Part shown: positions 1 to 9,733 of the stretch, one piece after another | Layout of the letters: each line of letters begins with the position of its first letter | Position numbering within the stretch: position 1 is the stretch's first letter | Virus record (IMG/VR): IMGVR_UViG_3300035670_000104 | Direction: 5' to 3' (one strand) | From: an uncultured virus (IMG/VR IMGVR_UViG_3300035670_000104) | Lineage: Duplodnaviria > Heunggongvirae > Uroviricota > Caudoviricetes | DNA: 64,000 nt | Position numbers and translations under genes: made by a program | Notes under the pieces: generated by a model | Databases searched by the model: none | Told to the model about the DNA's origin: nothing | Seen by the model: only the letters and a program-made list of their open reading frames with translations

Positions 1-191
1 GGATACAGCAAGCCCTTACTATGATTCTGAGATCACATCTTGGTTTATTGGGTATGCGCTCTCAGACTTTGATTCTTCTCATCTCTCACACATGATTACA
101 GAGATGAAAGATATGGACGAGAAATTTCAAAAACGATTTGGTGTTCGTGGCTATATTACAGCATGTGCTAATGTTACGTGAGGATGCTCTA

Positions 192-464
192 ATGAAGATG
201 TTACATTATGATTTGCATAGTGCCTTTGATTCTGGAGAGCCACGCCATGCACAAACTGTGTTGAAAAGCATGGGAGTTACTTATCTCCACGCAGTCCCGC
301 AGTCTATAGCAGATTGCTGGTGGTTTTATGGCCCACACAACCTGCCAGAACCTTTACCAGATTATATGAGTGTGCGAGAAGTTAATCCTATAGATCACGT
401 AGGGTGGGGTTTGAGTGAAGAAGATGCAAAGTTTTTGTTGGAGAGGAATAAGAAATGGACATGA
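192..464 (+). CDS. hypothetical protein
   Basis: ORF in + operon; start moved to ATG 192 after GAGGA. Confidence 0.6.
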   Translation: MKMLHYDLHSAFDSGEPRHAQTVLKSMGVTYLHAVPQSIADCWWFYGPHNLPEPLPDYMSVREVNPIDHVGWGLSEEDAKFLLERNKKWT

Positions 465-670
465 CAATTTTTCTAATTGCGTATGCTATTGTGTATGTAC
501 TATGGCTTATTGCAATCTTTGTAATGGGAGAGACAGATAAGATTTTGCATATCACTTTCTTCTACGTGTTCTCTCCGTTGTTTGCTATTGCAGTGATGGT
601 GATTACTCCAATTATGATCATTCTTAGTAAAGAAACTCGGCGTATTGCTAAGGAGAAGTATAATGAGTAG
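455..670 (+). CDS. small membrane protein
   Basis: Two hydrophobic segments; overlaps neighbours. Confidence 0.55.
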   Translation: MDMTIFLIAYAIVYVLWLIAIFVMGETDKILHITFFYVFSPLFAIAVMVITPIMIILSKETRRIAKEKYNE

Positions 671-828
671 TGTAATTATTTTTATTCTTTACTGGATTGG
701 CTGCTTTATGATGTATGCGCTTCTTGTTCATACGCGAAGCGTAGGTCATAACAACATTTTCACTGTTCTTTTGTACATGGTGACTTGGCCTGTGGGTTTT
801 GTCGTTTGGTGTTTGAAAGGGCATAAGG

Positions 829-1014
829 ATGAGTGAAGTTTTTCGTTATGTAATTGCACGAGAGGAAAGTGGTCATCTTATGACGTGGATGTTTATGAAC
901 AGTGAGATTCTAAAGGGAGACTTGCAGGATGCTTGCAATGATCTAGACTACGTTCGCGGTGCTACGAGAGAAAAGGGTTGGGAAATCTTTAAGGTGAGTT
1001 TGGAGAAGATTTGA
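829..1014 (+). CDS. hypothetical protein
   Basis: Coupled ORF in operon. Confidence 0.55.
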   Translation: MSEVFRYVIAREESGHLMTWMFMNSEILKGDLQDACNDLDYVRGATREKGWEIFKVSLEKI

Positions 1015-1024
1015 AGGAGGTTTA

Positions 1025-1426
1025 ATGGCTTTTCTTGAAAAACCCAATGGTTGGAAGCATTGGTTAAAACAGTCCGCTAGAATGTGCTTTCCGATGATGC
1101 AAGACTTCTATGGGTGCTGGGATGCTACAAAGGAATTTGTTGCAAAAGTAGGAGGAATGCTCTTAAAACTTATTGTAAGACTGTGTTTACTTGTGTCATT
1201 CCCAATCTCTATCCCACTGTTAACCTACATGTTCACTAAACAAAATAGACGTACAATGGAATACCGTGCGAATTGGTTAAGTACAGAGCAAGACGGATTT
1301 CCGCCTCAGTATACGAGGGAAGAGGTAGATAGGGTGTTGCGAGGTGAGTGTACGTTGGAACAATTGGAAAAAGAGCGTGAAGTTAAGTGGGCTAGTGGTT
1401 TGGTGGTAACAAAGGAGGAAAATTAA
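1025..1426 (+). CDS. hypothetical membrane protein
   Basis: AGGAGG RBS; one hydrophobic segment. Confidence 0.65.
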   Translation: MAFLEKPNGWKHWLKQSARMCFPMMQDFYGCWDATKEFVAKVGGMLLKLIVRLCLLVSFPISIPLLTYMFTKQNRRTMEYRANWLSTEQDGFPPQYTREEVDRVLRGECTLEQLEKEREVKWASGLVVTKEEN

Positions 1427-1428
1427 AT

Positions 1429-2178
1429 ATGGCACGACAAGCAGTGACACGAAAGAGTAAGGTAGAATCAGGTACAACTCGTACTATTAAGCCAAAGTTC
1501 GCAGAGCAACGTGAGGCAACTATTCAGGCGAAACCTTTGGTAGCTATGAATTCAAAGCAGAGAGAATACATTGCAACTTTGCAAGAAAAATCTGTGATTG
1601 TGGCGACAGGATACGCAGGAACCTCGAAGACATACATCCCTACGGTGATGGCGGCAGACTTATACAAAATGGGCAAGATTGACAAGATTATCATCACGCG
1701 CCCTGCGGTAAGTTCTAGCAAGAGTGTGGGCTATTTTAAGGGAACAGCTACAGAAAAGCTCGCGGTTTGGCTAAACTCTGTAATCCCCATCTTTAAAGAA
1801 CGACTTGGTGCAGCAGGGTTGGAGATTGCTCTTGCATCTGGAGATATTGAGTTTGTACCGCTTGAAGTTATCAAGGGAATGTCGATTAATAATGCTTGGG
1901 TGTTGGCAGAAGAGTCTTCTGATTTGACTAAAGATGAGGTCATCAAACTTGTAACACGGATGGGTAAAAACTCAAAATTGGTTTTGAGTGGAGATATTAG
2001 GCAGGCCGAATTAAAAGGTGATCTGGGCTTGGCGTGGGTTGCTGAGTTTGTTAAACGGCACAATCTGGAGGAAAACTTCGGTTTTATAGATTTTAATGAT
2101 GTCAATGACATTGTTCGTTCAGATGCTGTGCGTCAATTCATTGTTGCCCTTGTTCGGGATGAGAAGCGAAAGGATTAA
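1429..2178 (+). CDS. phoH: PhoH-like ATPase
   Basis: GYAGTSKT P-loop, IIITRP, TRMGKNSKLVLSGDIRQ, DIVRS motifs. Confidence 0.92.
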   Translation: MARQAVTRKSKVESGTTRTIKPKFAEQREATIQAKPLVAMNSKQREYIATLQEKSVIVATGYAGTSKTYIPTVMAADLYKMGKIDKIIITRPAVSSSKSVGYFKGTATEKLAVWLNSVIPIFKERLGAAGLEIALASGDIEFVPLEVIKGMSINNAWVLAEESSDLTKDEVIKLVTRMGKNSKLVLSGDIRQAELKGDLGLAWVAEFVKRHNLEENFGFIDFNDVNDIVRSDAVRQFIVALVRDEKRKD

Positions 2179-2180
2179 GT

Positions 2181-2894
2181 ATGGAAATTTTTAAGCAAAT
2201 GCAAGGGAACAGTCCTGTACAACGTGTGACTATGAGCTTTGACCATATTCATATTACGTTTGATGAGCGTGGTATTGGTGGGGTATCACAGCACATGGAA
2301 GAAATTGAGGCTATGACGAATGCAGGAGAGAATGATACAATTATCCTGCATATGAGAGGCTGCCCTGGCGGCAGTATGGATACTTTGCTTGTTTTTGCCA
2401 ACTTGCTAGTAACTACTACAGCTAGGACAATTGCTGTTATTGAGGGGTACAATGCCAGTGCTGCCACAATGCTTCCACTTCTATGTCAACACCACGAAGT
2501 AACGCCCTACGCTGGCTTCATGTGTCATACAGCACAGTCTGGTGAGTTCGGGGCTGTTGGAAATGTAGAGCGTGCTGCTGTATTCAATGCACAACGTTGC
2601 CACGAGTTTTTGGAAGACATCTATTCTGGTTTCTTTGAGCCAAATGAAATTCAAAAGCTGAAAGACGGGATTGAGATTTATTTGAATGCGGACGAGATTC
2701 AAGAGCGCCTGGAACGACGTGCAAGGGTGATGCAGTGTGATATTACAGAGGAATTTCCAGAGAACGCTTGCGGAATGTGTGAAGACTGCGAAGCGGAGAA
2801 GTTGGTGGCAATAGATGAGGTGGTGAAACCTACCCCTGTAAAGAAGACCCCTGCAAAGAAAGCTGCTCCCAAGAAGGAAGCTAAGAAAGAATAA
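2181..2894 (+). CDS. ClpP-like protease
   Basis: PGG, NASAA (catalytic Ser region) and FMCH (His) motifs; Lys/Pro/Ala-rich tail. Confidence 0.75.
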   Translation: MEIFKQMQGNSPVQRVTMSFDHIHITFDERGIGGVSQHMEEIEAMTNAGENDTIILHMRGCPGGSMDTLLVFANLLVTTTARTIAVIEGYNASAATMLPLLCQHHEVTPYAGFMCHTAQSGEFGAVGNVERAAVFNAQRCHEFLEDIYSGFFEPNEIQKLKDGIEIYLNADEIQERLERRARVMQCDITEEFPENACGMCEDCEAEKLVAIDEVVKPTPVKKTPAKKAAPKKEAKKE

Positions 2895-2904
2895 TTCTTG
2901 ACTA

Positions 2905-2947
2905 AAGAAGCTGGACATTTGTTCCAGCTTTTATTTTGTGATAGAAT
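2905..2947 (+). promoter_or_regulatory. intrinsic terminator overlapping sigma70-type promoter
   Basis: AAGCTGGA/TCCAGCTT hairpin + T-run; TTGTTC-17 nt-TAGAAT with TG extension. Confidence 0.7.
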
Positions 2948-2975
2948 TTCCAACATTGAACAACAAGGAGGAAAG

Positions 2976-4226
2976 ATGTACGCTAACCGTAGTGGAAAGA
3001 TCACAGTAGAACTTCATGAAAATTTGACAGCAACAGGATACATTGATGGGAAGAAAGTCTACAAGGGGAGTATCTTCAGAAAAGTGTCTGTAAAGACGCT
3101 AAATAGGGGGAAGTGGGATACTGAGGCTGAAGTTTTTCCTGTTGAAACAAAGGATGATCTATGGGATTTGAAATCCTCCCGAAAAGTCAAGTTTATGAAT
3201 AATCCGTCTAAGGAGTTTTATAAGAAACATGCAGTGACACCATCACAGTTCTGTAAGGTGTTTAATGCTGCCGTATTTAAGTCGGCTATTGCCCCTTATA
3301 TGGAATTTGCATCTTTGTATTTTCAAAGGAAGTCAAACATTCCCGGCAAATTTGCATCTGTTGTAAAAAATCATGACCTTCTTGTCCAAGCGGTGAAAGA
3401 TGGTCAAAAGAATATTCTACCACTCCTTAATAAATATGGAAAGACCCCTCAAGAGCTTAAGAAAGAGATGGGTAAAGGGTTGTGGAAGAGGTTGTGTGCG
3501 AATACGTTACACCGTAACAAGTTGATTATCCTTTCACCTAGACCGGTATGTGAAGCTATTAACCTTGACAGCGGTGCATTGGAATTTGAAAATGGTGCAG
3601 AAGCGGCACACTGGGTTAGGAATACCTGTAAAATCCCTTACTCTAAAAAGGACTCCCGCGATTGGAAAGACTCTCAAACCCTGTTTACAGATACTAAATT
3701 CATGGCATTGCAAAACGATCAACCTTTTAATCCTGAATGGTCTAAATTGAAGATGCAGGAGAAACACAATGAATACATGGGTATTGTACATCGCGCCCAG
3801 GAAGCTCGTCGTAAGGAACAAGATGAAGCGTATCGTTTGAAGATGGAAAAGATTGAGAAAATTGATTTGTCAAAAGTTTACCCTCAAACCGAATTTGAAT
3901 TAAATGGGGCTAAAGCTAAAATCTTAACGACTTATGAACAAATTAAACAAGAAGGTGTTGTTCAAAATCATTGCGTAGGAATTTACGCAGAGAGCGCCAC
4001 TGTTGGACAGTATGCTGTTGTTCATATTTCTGGCGATGACGAAGAAACCACCTTGGGATTGTCTACGTCTGTAGGTGCGGCTGGTAAGATTGTGTTCAGC
4101 ATTCAACAGCACTATGGAAAGTACAATTCAGGAGTTAGTAGTCAGGGTCACAAGGAGATTGCTGAGATTGTGGTAGAATATTTGAACAGCCTAAACTTGG
4201 AACGCAATCATTTTGAAAAGCTGTAA
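2976..4226 (+). CDS. PcfJ-like domain protein
   Basis: C-terminal EGVVQNHCVGIY and QHYGKYN motifs; AGGAGG RBS before ATG 2976. Confidence 0.75.
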   Translation: MYANRSGKITVELHENLTATGYIDGKKVYKGSIFRKVSVKTLNRGKWDTEAEVFPVETKDDLWDLKSSRKVKFMNNPSKEFYKKHAVTPSQFCKVFNAAVFKSAIAPYMEFASLYFQRKSNIPGKFASVVKNHDLLVQAVKDGQKNILPLLNKYGKTPQELKKEMGKGLWKRLCANTLHRNKLIILSPRPVCEAINLDSGALEFENGAEAAHWVRNTCKIPYSKKDSRDWKDSQTLFTDTKFMALQNDQPFNPEWSKLKMQEKHNEYMGIVHRAQEARRKEQDEAYRLKMEKIEKIDLSKVYPQTEFELNGAKAKILTTYEQIKQEGVVQNHCVGIYAESATVGQYAVVHISGDDEETTLGLSTSVGAAGKIVFSIQQHYGKYNSGVSSQGHKEIAEIVVEYLNSLNLERNHFEKL

Positions 4227-4244
4227 AAACAGAGGAACAGATTT

Positions 4245-4508
4245 ATGAAGCAAGTGAAACGTGTATCCCCTTATGGTGAACTAGACTGGATTGCTCCCGA
4301 AGAGCGAGATCGGTATATTTATGTCTATAAGGTGGACTTTGAGGAAGAAGGATTTAAGTCACCCGCAGCGTGGTATGTCAACACGGCCTTCGGAGATAGA
4401 TTGTATCTGAAGGCCCGCGACAGGAAGAAAGCGGAAGAGCTGGTGGTAAATTTCTTTGGTAGTGCGAAATATTCGCTAGTTGCAGATAAGGCAATTAATA
4501 TTCGATAA
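4245..4508 (+). CDS. hypothetical protein
   Basis: GAGGA RBS. Confidence 0.6.
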   Translation: MKQVKRVSPYGELDWIAPEERDRYIYVYKVDFEEEGFKSPAAWYVNTAFGDRLYLKARDRKKAEELVVNFFGSAKYSLVADKAINIR

Positions 4509-4518
4509 GGAGAAGTAG

Positions 4519-4704
4519 ATGACTGACTTTGTATTAATTTTCGTAAGTGGACTGGTTGTTGGTGCTGCCTGTGCAGGGTATACAGTAGCCAAAAGGGTGG
4601 ACAATAATATGGAACGGTCTTGTCAAGGGACGCCTTGGATTATTGAAGAGTCCTTAATCACAAAAACTTTGACTTGTAAAGTGGAATTGAAGGAGAAGAA
4701 ATGA
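4519..4704 (+). CDS. small membrane protein
   Basis: AGGAG RBS; N-terminal hydrophobic helix. Confidence 0.55.
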   Translation: MTDFVLIFVSGLVVGAACAGYTVAKRVDNNMERSCQGTPWIIEESLITKTLTCKVELKEKK

Positions 4705-4765
4705 AAAATCTAGCCATTGCTTGTGCCGTAGTAGTAGACTGTACAGACAAGAAAGGTAAGACGCT

Positions 4766-5065
4766 ATGAACCATTCAGCACGTAGAGCAGCGTTTTCGTC
4801 GGTAGAGGAGACATGTCCTTATGTAGACGAAGCGTTTTCAAACATGGTTTACGACATAAAACGCATGACAATTGATGAGTTGGCTGGTGCAGAGTTTGAC
4901 GAAGCTGTTGAAAAATGCGTTGACCTTGTGAAAGTACAAACTGTAGCTCTTCGTGATGCGCTGATATTTGCGTATGAAGAAAAAGAAGAGCTTACGGATG
5001 AGTTGAAAGACAAGATTTACTCCTTAGAACAGCGTATTCAAGAAATGGAGAACCAAATTGGCTAA
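4766..5065 (+). CDS. hypothetical coiled-coil protein
   Basis: ORF in operon. Confidence 0.6.
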   Translation: MNHSARRAAFSSVEETCPYVDEAFSNMVYDIKRMTIDELAGAEFDEAVEKCVDLVKVQTVALRDALIFAYEEKEELTDELKDKIYSLEQRIQEMENQIG

Positions 5066-5144
5066 AACTGATAAGTTGTATATGGACATTGCAAAACGTG
5101 TTGCACAAGAGTCTAAATGTCCACGAAAGAAAGTTGGGAGTTGA
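5058..5144 (+). pseudogene. 28-aa N-terminal stub of a dCMP deaminase
   Basis: GGAG RBS, TTG start; MAKTDKLYMDIAKRVAQESKCPRKKVGS* matches the deaminase N-terminal helix and SxCxRxxVG motif. Confidence 0.75.
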
Positions 5145-5147
5145 CAT

Positions 5148-5798
5148 ATGGCATATCAAGATATTACAGGAATACGTTCTGGAAGATTAGTTGCTGTTTC
5201 TTACAGTCATAAGAGTGAAAATAATGGTCATCTGTGGAATTGCATTTGTGACTGCGGAAATAAGTCGGTCGTAGGAGAATCTCAGATTAAAGGAGGACAC
5301 ACACTGTCTTGTGGTTGTTTAAGAAGAGATCGGTCTAAAGAAGCTGCCACCCATGGGCTGTACGGAACTCCTATTTATAGACGATGGGCTTCGATGAAGC
5401 AGCGATGTGATAATCCTAAGACAACAAATTTTGAAATTTACGGAGGTAGAGGAATAACCTACGACCCCGCGTGGAAAGATTTTGATGCTTTCTATAGAGA
5501 TATGTCAGAAGGTTTTAGAGATGATTTAGAATTAGACCGTATAGATGTAAATGGAAACTGCTGTAAAGAAAATTGCCGTTGGACAACCCACGAGGAAAAT
5601 AATTACAACAAGACTATTCAATCGAATAATATTTCAGGAAAAACTGGAGTATCGTTCGATAAACGTTCTAGTAGATGGAGGAGCTACATTAATTTTAAAG
5701 GTAAGAGGATAGAGCTTGGGAAGTTCATTACCATTGAGATGGCAGTTCAGGCGCGAGAGGAAGCAGAAATTAAATATTATGGATACAACAGAGATTAA
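5148..5798 (+). CDS. HNH-family homing endonuclease with C-terminal AP2-like domain
   Basis: CxCDCG, SCGC, YGGRGI, LDRID..ENCRW; SGKTGV..LGKF..AVQAREEAE. Confidence 0.9.
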   Translation: MAYQDITGIRSGRLVAVSYSHKSENNGHLWNCICDCGNKSVVGESQIKGGHTLSCGCLRRDRSKEAATHGLYGTPIYRRWASMKQRCDNPKTTNFEIYGGRGITYDPAWKDFDAFYRDMSEGFRDDLELDRIDVNGNCCKENCRWTTHEENNYNKTIQSNNISGKTGVSFDKRSSRWRSYINFKGKRIELGKFITIEMAVQAREEAEIKYYGYNRD

Positions 5799-6264
5799 GT
5801 ATAAACACAAACGAGCATACATGGAATGTGCTGAAGCTTTTGCTAAGTGCTCTGTCGGTAAGAGATTGACTGTAGGGACGGTGATTGTAAAAAATAACCG
5901 TATCATCTCTTGTGGGTATAATGCGCTACCAAAAGCAATTGACGGGCCTCTTGAGGACGAAAATAACGTCACCAAGGCTGAAGTCCGCCATAGTGAGAAA
6001 AGTGCGCTAATGGGGTTGATTCGATCTACTGAAAGTGCAGTTGGTGCTGTGATGTTCTGCACACATGCGTGCTGCAAACCGTGCTCTATTGACATCGTTG
6101 ATGCGGGAATAACACACTTTATCTATAAACATGATTACCGTTGCAAGGAAGGGTTAGAATACTTGAAGAAGAACGGAGTAAAGGTGGAAAAGTTTGAAGA
6201 AAATATTAATGATGACCATCCTTGTAGTAGGGATTCTCCTAACAACGAACAAGAGTGTTGTTGA
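5779..6264 (+). CDS. dCMP deaminase
   Basis: VGTVIVKNNRIISCGYN, HSE, CCKPC zinc motifs; exact start uncertain. Confidence 0.88.
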   Translation: MDTTEIKYKHKRAYMECAEAFAKCSVGKRLTVGTVIVKNNRIISCGYNALPKAIDGPLEDENNVTKAEVRHSEKSALMGLIRSTESAVGAVMFCTHACCKPCSIDIVDAGITHFIYKHDYRCKEGLEYLKKNGVKVEKFEENINDDHPCSRDSPNNEQECC

Positions 6265-6700
6265 GGGGATTCCTACGGAATCCGGGGCCTCTTCTGATGA
6301 CTACTACAAAGCCTTGTGCTTGAAGAGTTTGAAATGTAAGCTCTTGGCTGAAGGGGGCTACTATGAGGCGAGAGGGGAATCTGATGAAGGCGTGGCTGCT
6401 GTAATGTTTGTGATCCTCAACCGTGTGAAGCATCCTACGAGGTGGCCTTCTACTGTTGCAGAAGTTCTGTCGCAAAAGTTGCAATTTAGCTACAAGCATG
6501 ATGGTCAGATGAAGAAAGGTTTTGCAGAGAAGGAACAGTACGATAGAATTCTTGTGATTGCCGCGAAAGTGGTTACTGGTGCAATAGACTCTCCAGTAGG
6601 AGAAGCTACACACTACCACACAACCAGCATCAAAGTTCCTAAGTGGGCTAAGAAGAAAAGAAAGGTGGCTACAATTGGAGAACATGTATTCTATGAATGA
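6194..6700 (+). CDS. SleB/Hydrolase_2-like cell wall hydrolase
   Basis: YYEARGES, VILNRV, QFS, ATHYH, IGEHVFY; N-terminal hydrophobic signal. Confidence 0.88.
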   Translation: MKKILMMTILVVGILLTTNKSVVEGIPTESGASSDDYYKALCLKSLKCKLLAEGGYYEARGESDEGVAAVMFVILNRVKHPTRWPSTVAEVLSQKLQFSYKHDGQMKKGFAEKEQYDRILVIAAKVVTGAIDSPVGEATHYHTTSIKVPKWAKKKRKVATIGEHVFYE

Positions 6701-6892
6701 ACAACTTACAATGGACGACATTAAGTTACATGATGTCTGGATGATGAAGTGTGGTACAATAGTTCAAATCACTGTACTGCATGGAGGTTACACAGACAAG
6801 CCGTTTCAAGTAAGGCGTGCAGGTAGTTTGCACAACTGGGCGATGAATTTTCATCGTTTGGATTACAAAATTTCTGAATAAAGGAGAGAATT

Positions 6893-7264
6893 ATGGAATT
6901 TGCAATTTTTGTTTGGGTGGCTAGTGTGATTGGTAAATTGGCAGGTTTCTTTACTGGAGCTGCGATTTTGTTTGCAGCAGTGGTGGCAGTTGATATTATT
7001 TGTACAGCTAGCCATAATGGAGTGTACGATGAAAAGAAGAAGTATCCGTTTCAAAAGCGTTGGGGTAAGTGGTGTACATTTATCGCTGCATTTCTTATGC
7101 TAATCGCTTCTCTTCTTCCTTCTGAAAAGACAATGTATGTGATGGCTGGGGCATGGGCTGGGCAAAAGATGGTGGAATCTGAAGCAGCAGGGAAGGTGAT
7201 GAAAATCATCAACCTGAAGTTGGATGAATATTTGCAAGAAGCAGAGAAAGAGTTGAAGAAATGA
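6893..7264 (+). CDS. membrane protein
   Basis: AGGAG RBS; TM segments; LPSEKTMY. Confidence 0.65.
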   Translation: MEFAIFVWVASVIGKLAGFFTGAAILFAAVVAVDIICTASHNGVYDEKKKYPFQKRWGKWCTFIAAFLMLIASLLPSEKTMYVMAGAWAGQKMVESEAAGKVMKIINLKLDEYLQEAEKELKK

Positions 7265-7563
7265 AACATACACTAACTGCGGTTGTCTATGACAAAAGAG
7301 GAAGACCTCTTTCGATTGGGCAGAATTCATACACACGTACTCACCCAAGACAGGCTGCTATTGCTGCTAAAGTAGGACTTCCTGAGAAGAAATTTGTGCA
7401 TGCGGAATTTGTAGCCATTACAAAATGTAGAGACTTGAAGAAAGCACACAAGATTGTGATTACGAGGTATAATAAGCAAGGTGAGCCAGTGAACGCTAAA
7501 CCTTGTCCGGTGTGTATGGAGCTTATCAGGATTAGTGGCATTAAAGAAATCGAACATACTTGA
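7261..7563 (+). CDS. cytidine-deaminase-fold protein
   Basis: HAE and PCPVC zinc-binding motifs. Confidence 0.8.
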   Translation: MKHTLTAVVYDKRGRPLSIGQNSYTRTHPRQAAIAAKVGLPEKKFVHAEFVAITKCRDLKKAHKIVITRYNKQGEPVNAKPCPVCMELIRISGIKEIEHT

Positions 7564-7744
7564 AAGGAGCACATGTGAAGGTGTATCTATGTTATGAGCA
7601 ATATTTCGATGGGTGTGATTTTTGGCCTAAATTGCAGGTTGTTTTTGACACAGAAGATAAAGCATGGCGATGGGAGATTGAAAAAGGTATAGAGAACACC
7701 TGCGAGAATACTAGCTTTTACTATGAAGAATGGGAGGTTGAATA

Positions 7745-8002
7745 ATGAAATTTGAAACAGAAGTGAAGCCAACTCCAAAGCAACTCGCAGAAGCTTTTTG
7801 GAATATGTACGATGATGAGCAAGTGGAGTTCTTTGCTGAACTTTTCAATGCTGCAGGTATGGGAGAAAGCTACTACAACTTTGAGTTGCAAGCATTCCAT
7901 ATCCACGATAAAATTCGTAGTACGGAAAATGAGGAAGCTAAAGAAGCGTTGATGTCTTTGGCTGCACCATTCTTCTATCACACACTCAACGACACTTATT
8001 GA
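7745..8002 (+). CDS. hypothetical protein
   Basis: GGAGG RBS. Confidence 0.6.
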   Translation: MKFETEVKPTPKQLAEAFWNMYDDEQVEFFAELFNAAGMGESYYNFELQAFHIHDKIRSTENEEAKEALMSLAAPFFYHTLNDTY

Positions 8003-8013
8003 AAGGACTGTAT

Positions 8014-8244
8014 ATGAAAGTATTTGTTTGGAAAAGTTATGGTGAACTAGATATTCGAGACATCTCGACTCAGGAGCAAAAGACATTACTGAAGATTGAG
8101 TTAGTTAAAGCTTTGCAGTCTGAAGGAGAGACAGATGTTGACGAATCCATGTCTCTTGGAGGTGTTATTGACTTGGTTTATGACCAACTAGGCAATAGTG
8201 ATGTATTCGAGCATGGTACTGGTATTTATAAGGTGAAAGGATAA
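8014..8244 (+). CDS. hypothetical protein
   Basis: AGGA RBS. Confidence 0.55.
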   Translation: MKVFVWKSYGELDIRDISTQEQKTLLKIELVKALQSEGETDVDESMSLGGVIDLVYDQLGNSDVFEHGTGIYKVKG

Positions 8245-8246
8245 GT

Positions 8247-9353
8247 ATGTACGAGAAGGTTACACTATACACAAAACAAGGTGTAAAATTCCGCCAATGG
8301 TCGGTTTGGACAGAAGGTGCTGAAGTTATTGTTGAACACGGTCAGTTGGACAGTAAGCTAACACAAAAGCGTTACACAGCAGAACCTAGGAATGTTGGCC
8401 GCGCCAATGCCACTACGGCAGAAGAGCAAGCTACACAAGAGGCTGAAGCTAAGGTTGTAAAGCAGCTCAAAAGCGGGTATTACCACACAATCGAAGAAGC
8501 AACAGAACATGTAGAATTCACGCCTATGAAAGCTCAGAATAGTGATGATTACAAGCACAAGCTAGTGTTTCCTTGCTATATTCAACCAAAGCTTAATGGT
8601 CAACGCTTGATGATTGATAAGAATGGTAATGCTTGGTCAAAACAAGGAGAACCGTTAGAACTCCCTGAGCACTGGAAAAACGTAAAAGAAATTGCAAAAA
8701 CTTTTGGTGGGTTAGATGGGGAGATTTACGCAGGACTGGAAAATCGTGGTGGTTTGTCTCTTCAACAAATTATTTCTGCTTTTCGTAAACCAAACAAAGA
8801 TACTCAAAAGCTAAAACTGTTTGTCTATGACCTACCACTTAACAATCTGACGTTTAATTTACGACAAGCAATTATGTTTCAAATAGAAGAAGAATATGAT
8901 GTAAGTGATATTGTCATTGTAGCTCCAACAGTTGTGCAAAACTGGGAAGAGGCAGTGAGTATTGCGAAATCTTATGTTAAGCAAGGTTACGAAGGTGCAA
9001 TCTTGCGGAACTTTGATGGGATGTACGAATTCGGTAAACGTTCTTACGATCTGCAGAAACTTAAGTTTCGATTGGATGCCGAGGCCGTTGTTGTGTCTGT
9101 GACACAAGACAAGAATGGTGACGGTGTTCTTCTGTGTCAAGCTATCAACGGTAAGCAAACTGGTGTACAATTCGAGTGTCTTATGCGTAAGGATGCTGAT
9201 CCTAATATCAACTACCGGAAGTATTCTAATGCTTTGCTGTTGATTGGTAAAACGATCACATATGAGTATGAAGAGCTTTCAGACAAAGGTGTTCCGACGA
9301 AGCCTGTGGCAGTTAGTTTGCGGGAAATGGTTGGTAATGAAGGTCGTTATTAA
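8247..9353 (+). CDS. ATP-dependent DNA ligase
   Basis: QPKLNGQR (motif I), LDGEIY, YEGAILR, LQKLK; C-terminal OB fold. Confidence 0.92.
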   Translation: MYEKVTLYTKQGVKFRQWSVWTEGAEVIVEHGQLDSKLTQKRYTAEPRNVGRANATTAEEQATQEAEAKVVKQLKSGYYHTIEEATEHVEFTPMKAQNSDDYKHKLVFPCYIQPKLNGQRLMIDKNGNAWSKQGEPLELPEHWKNVKEIAKTFGGLDGEIYAGLENRGGLSLQQIISAFRKPNKDTQKLKLFVYDLPLNNLTFNLRQAIMFQIEEEYDVSDIVIVAPTVVQNWEEAVSIAKSYVKQGYEGAILRNFDGMYEFGKRSYDLQKLKFRLDAEAVVVSVTQDKNGDGVLLCQAINGKQTGVQFECLMRKDADPNINYRKYSNALLLIGKTITYEYEELSDKGVPTKPVAVSLREMVGNEGRY

Positions 9354-9362
9354 GGAGGAAAT

Positions 9363-9722
9363 ATGCTGAAGTTTGAAAAAGTAAATATGGTGGATGTTGG
9401 TGATTGGGATGCGTTAGTTGAAGAAACTTATGGAAAGCCTTATAGCTTCCAACAACAAGATGGTTGTAAGCCAAGAGGAGTGGAGCACTTCAGTGTTCCG
9501 AATCATTATCCGTGGGACTATGAAAATGACACACTCCCTTATAAAATCAACGGGGAAGAAATGGGAGTGAGTTTTAAAGAATGGTTGTCAACAAACCCGA
9601 CTGCTTATAAGGATATTTTCTGGGAGAGGAATTTTTACCTAGCACTAGAGATTCTTGCAGATGACCTATATCAGAGGGGTTTGATTCCAGAAGGTGAATA
9701 TACAATTAACGTTGATTGGTAA
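9363..9722 (+). CDS. hypothetical phage protein
   Basis: AGGAGG RBS. Confidence 0.7.
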   Translation: MLKFEKVNMVDVGDWDALVEETYGKPYSFQQQDGCKPRGVEHFSVPNHYPWDYENDTLPYKINGEEMGVSFKEWLSTNPTAYKDIFWERNFYLALEILADDLYQRGLIPEGEYTINVDW

Positions 9723-9733
9723 GGAGGAAATGT

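Noticed and set aside
5145..5860. Group I intron interrupting the deaminase (and likewise the NTase at 11325-12020)
   Set aside because: No room for a ribozyme core around the HNH ORFs, and the downstream genes have their own complete N-termini.
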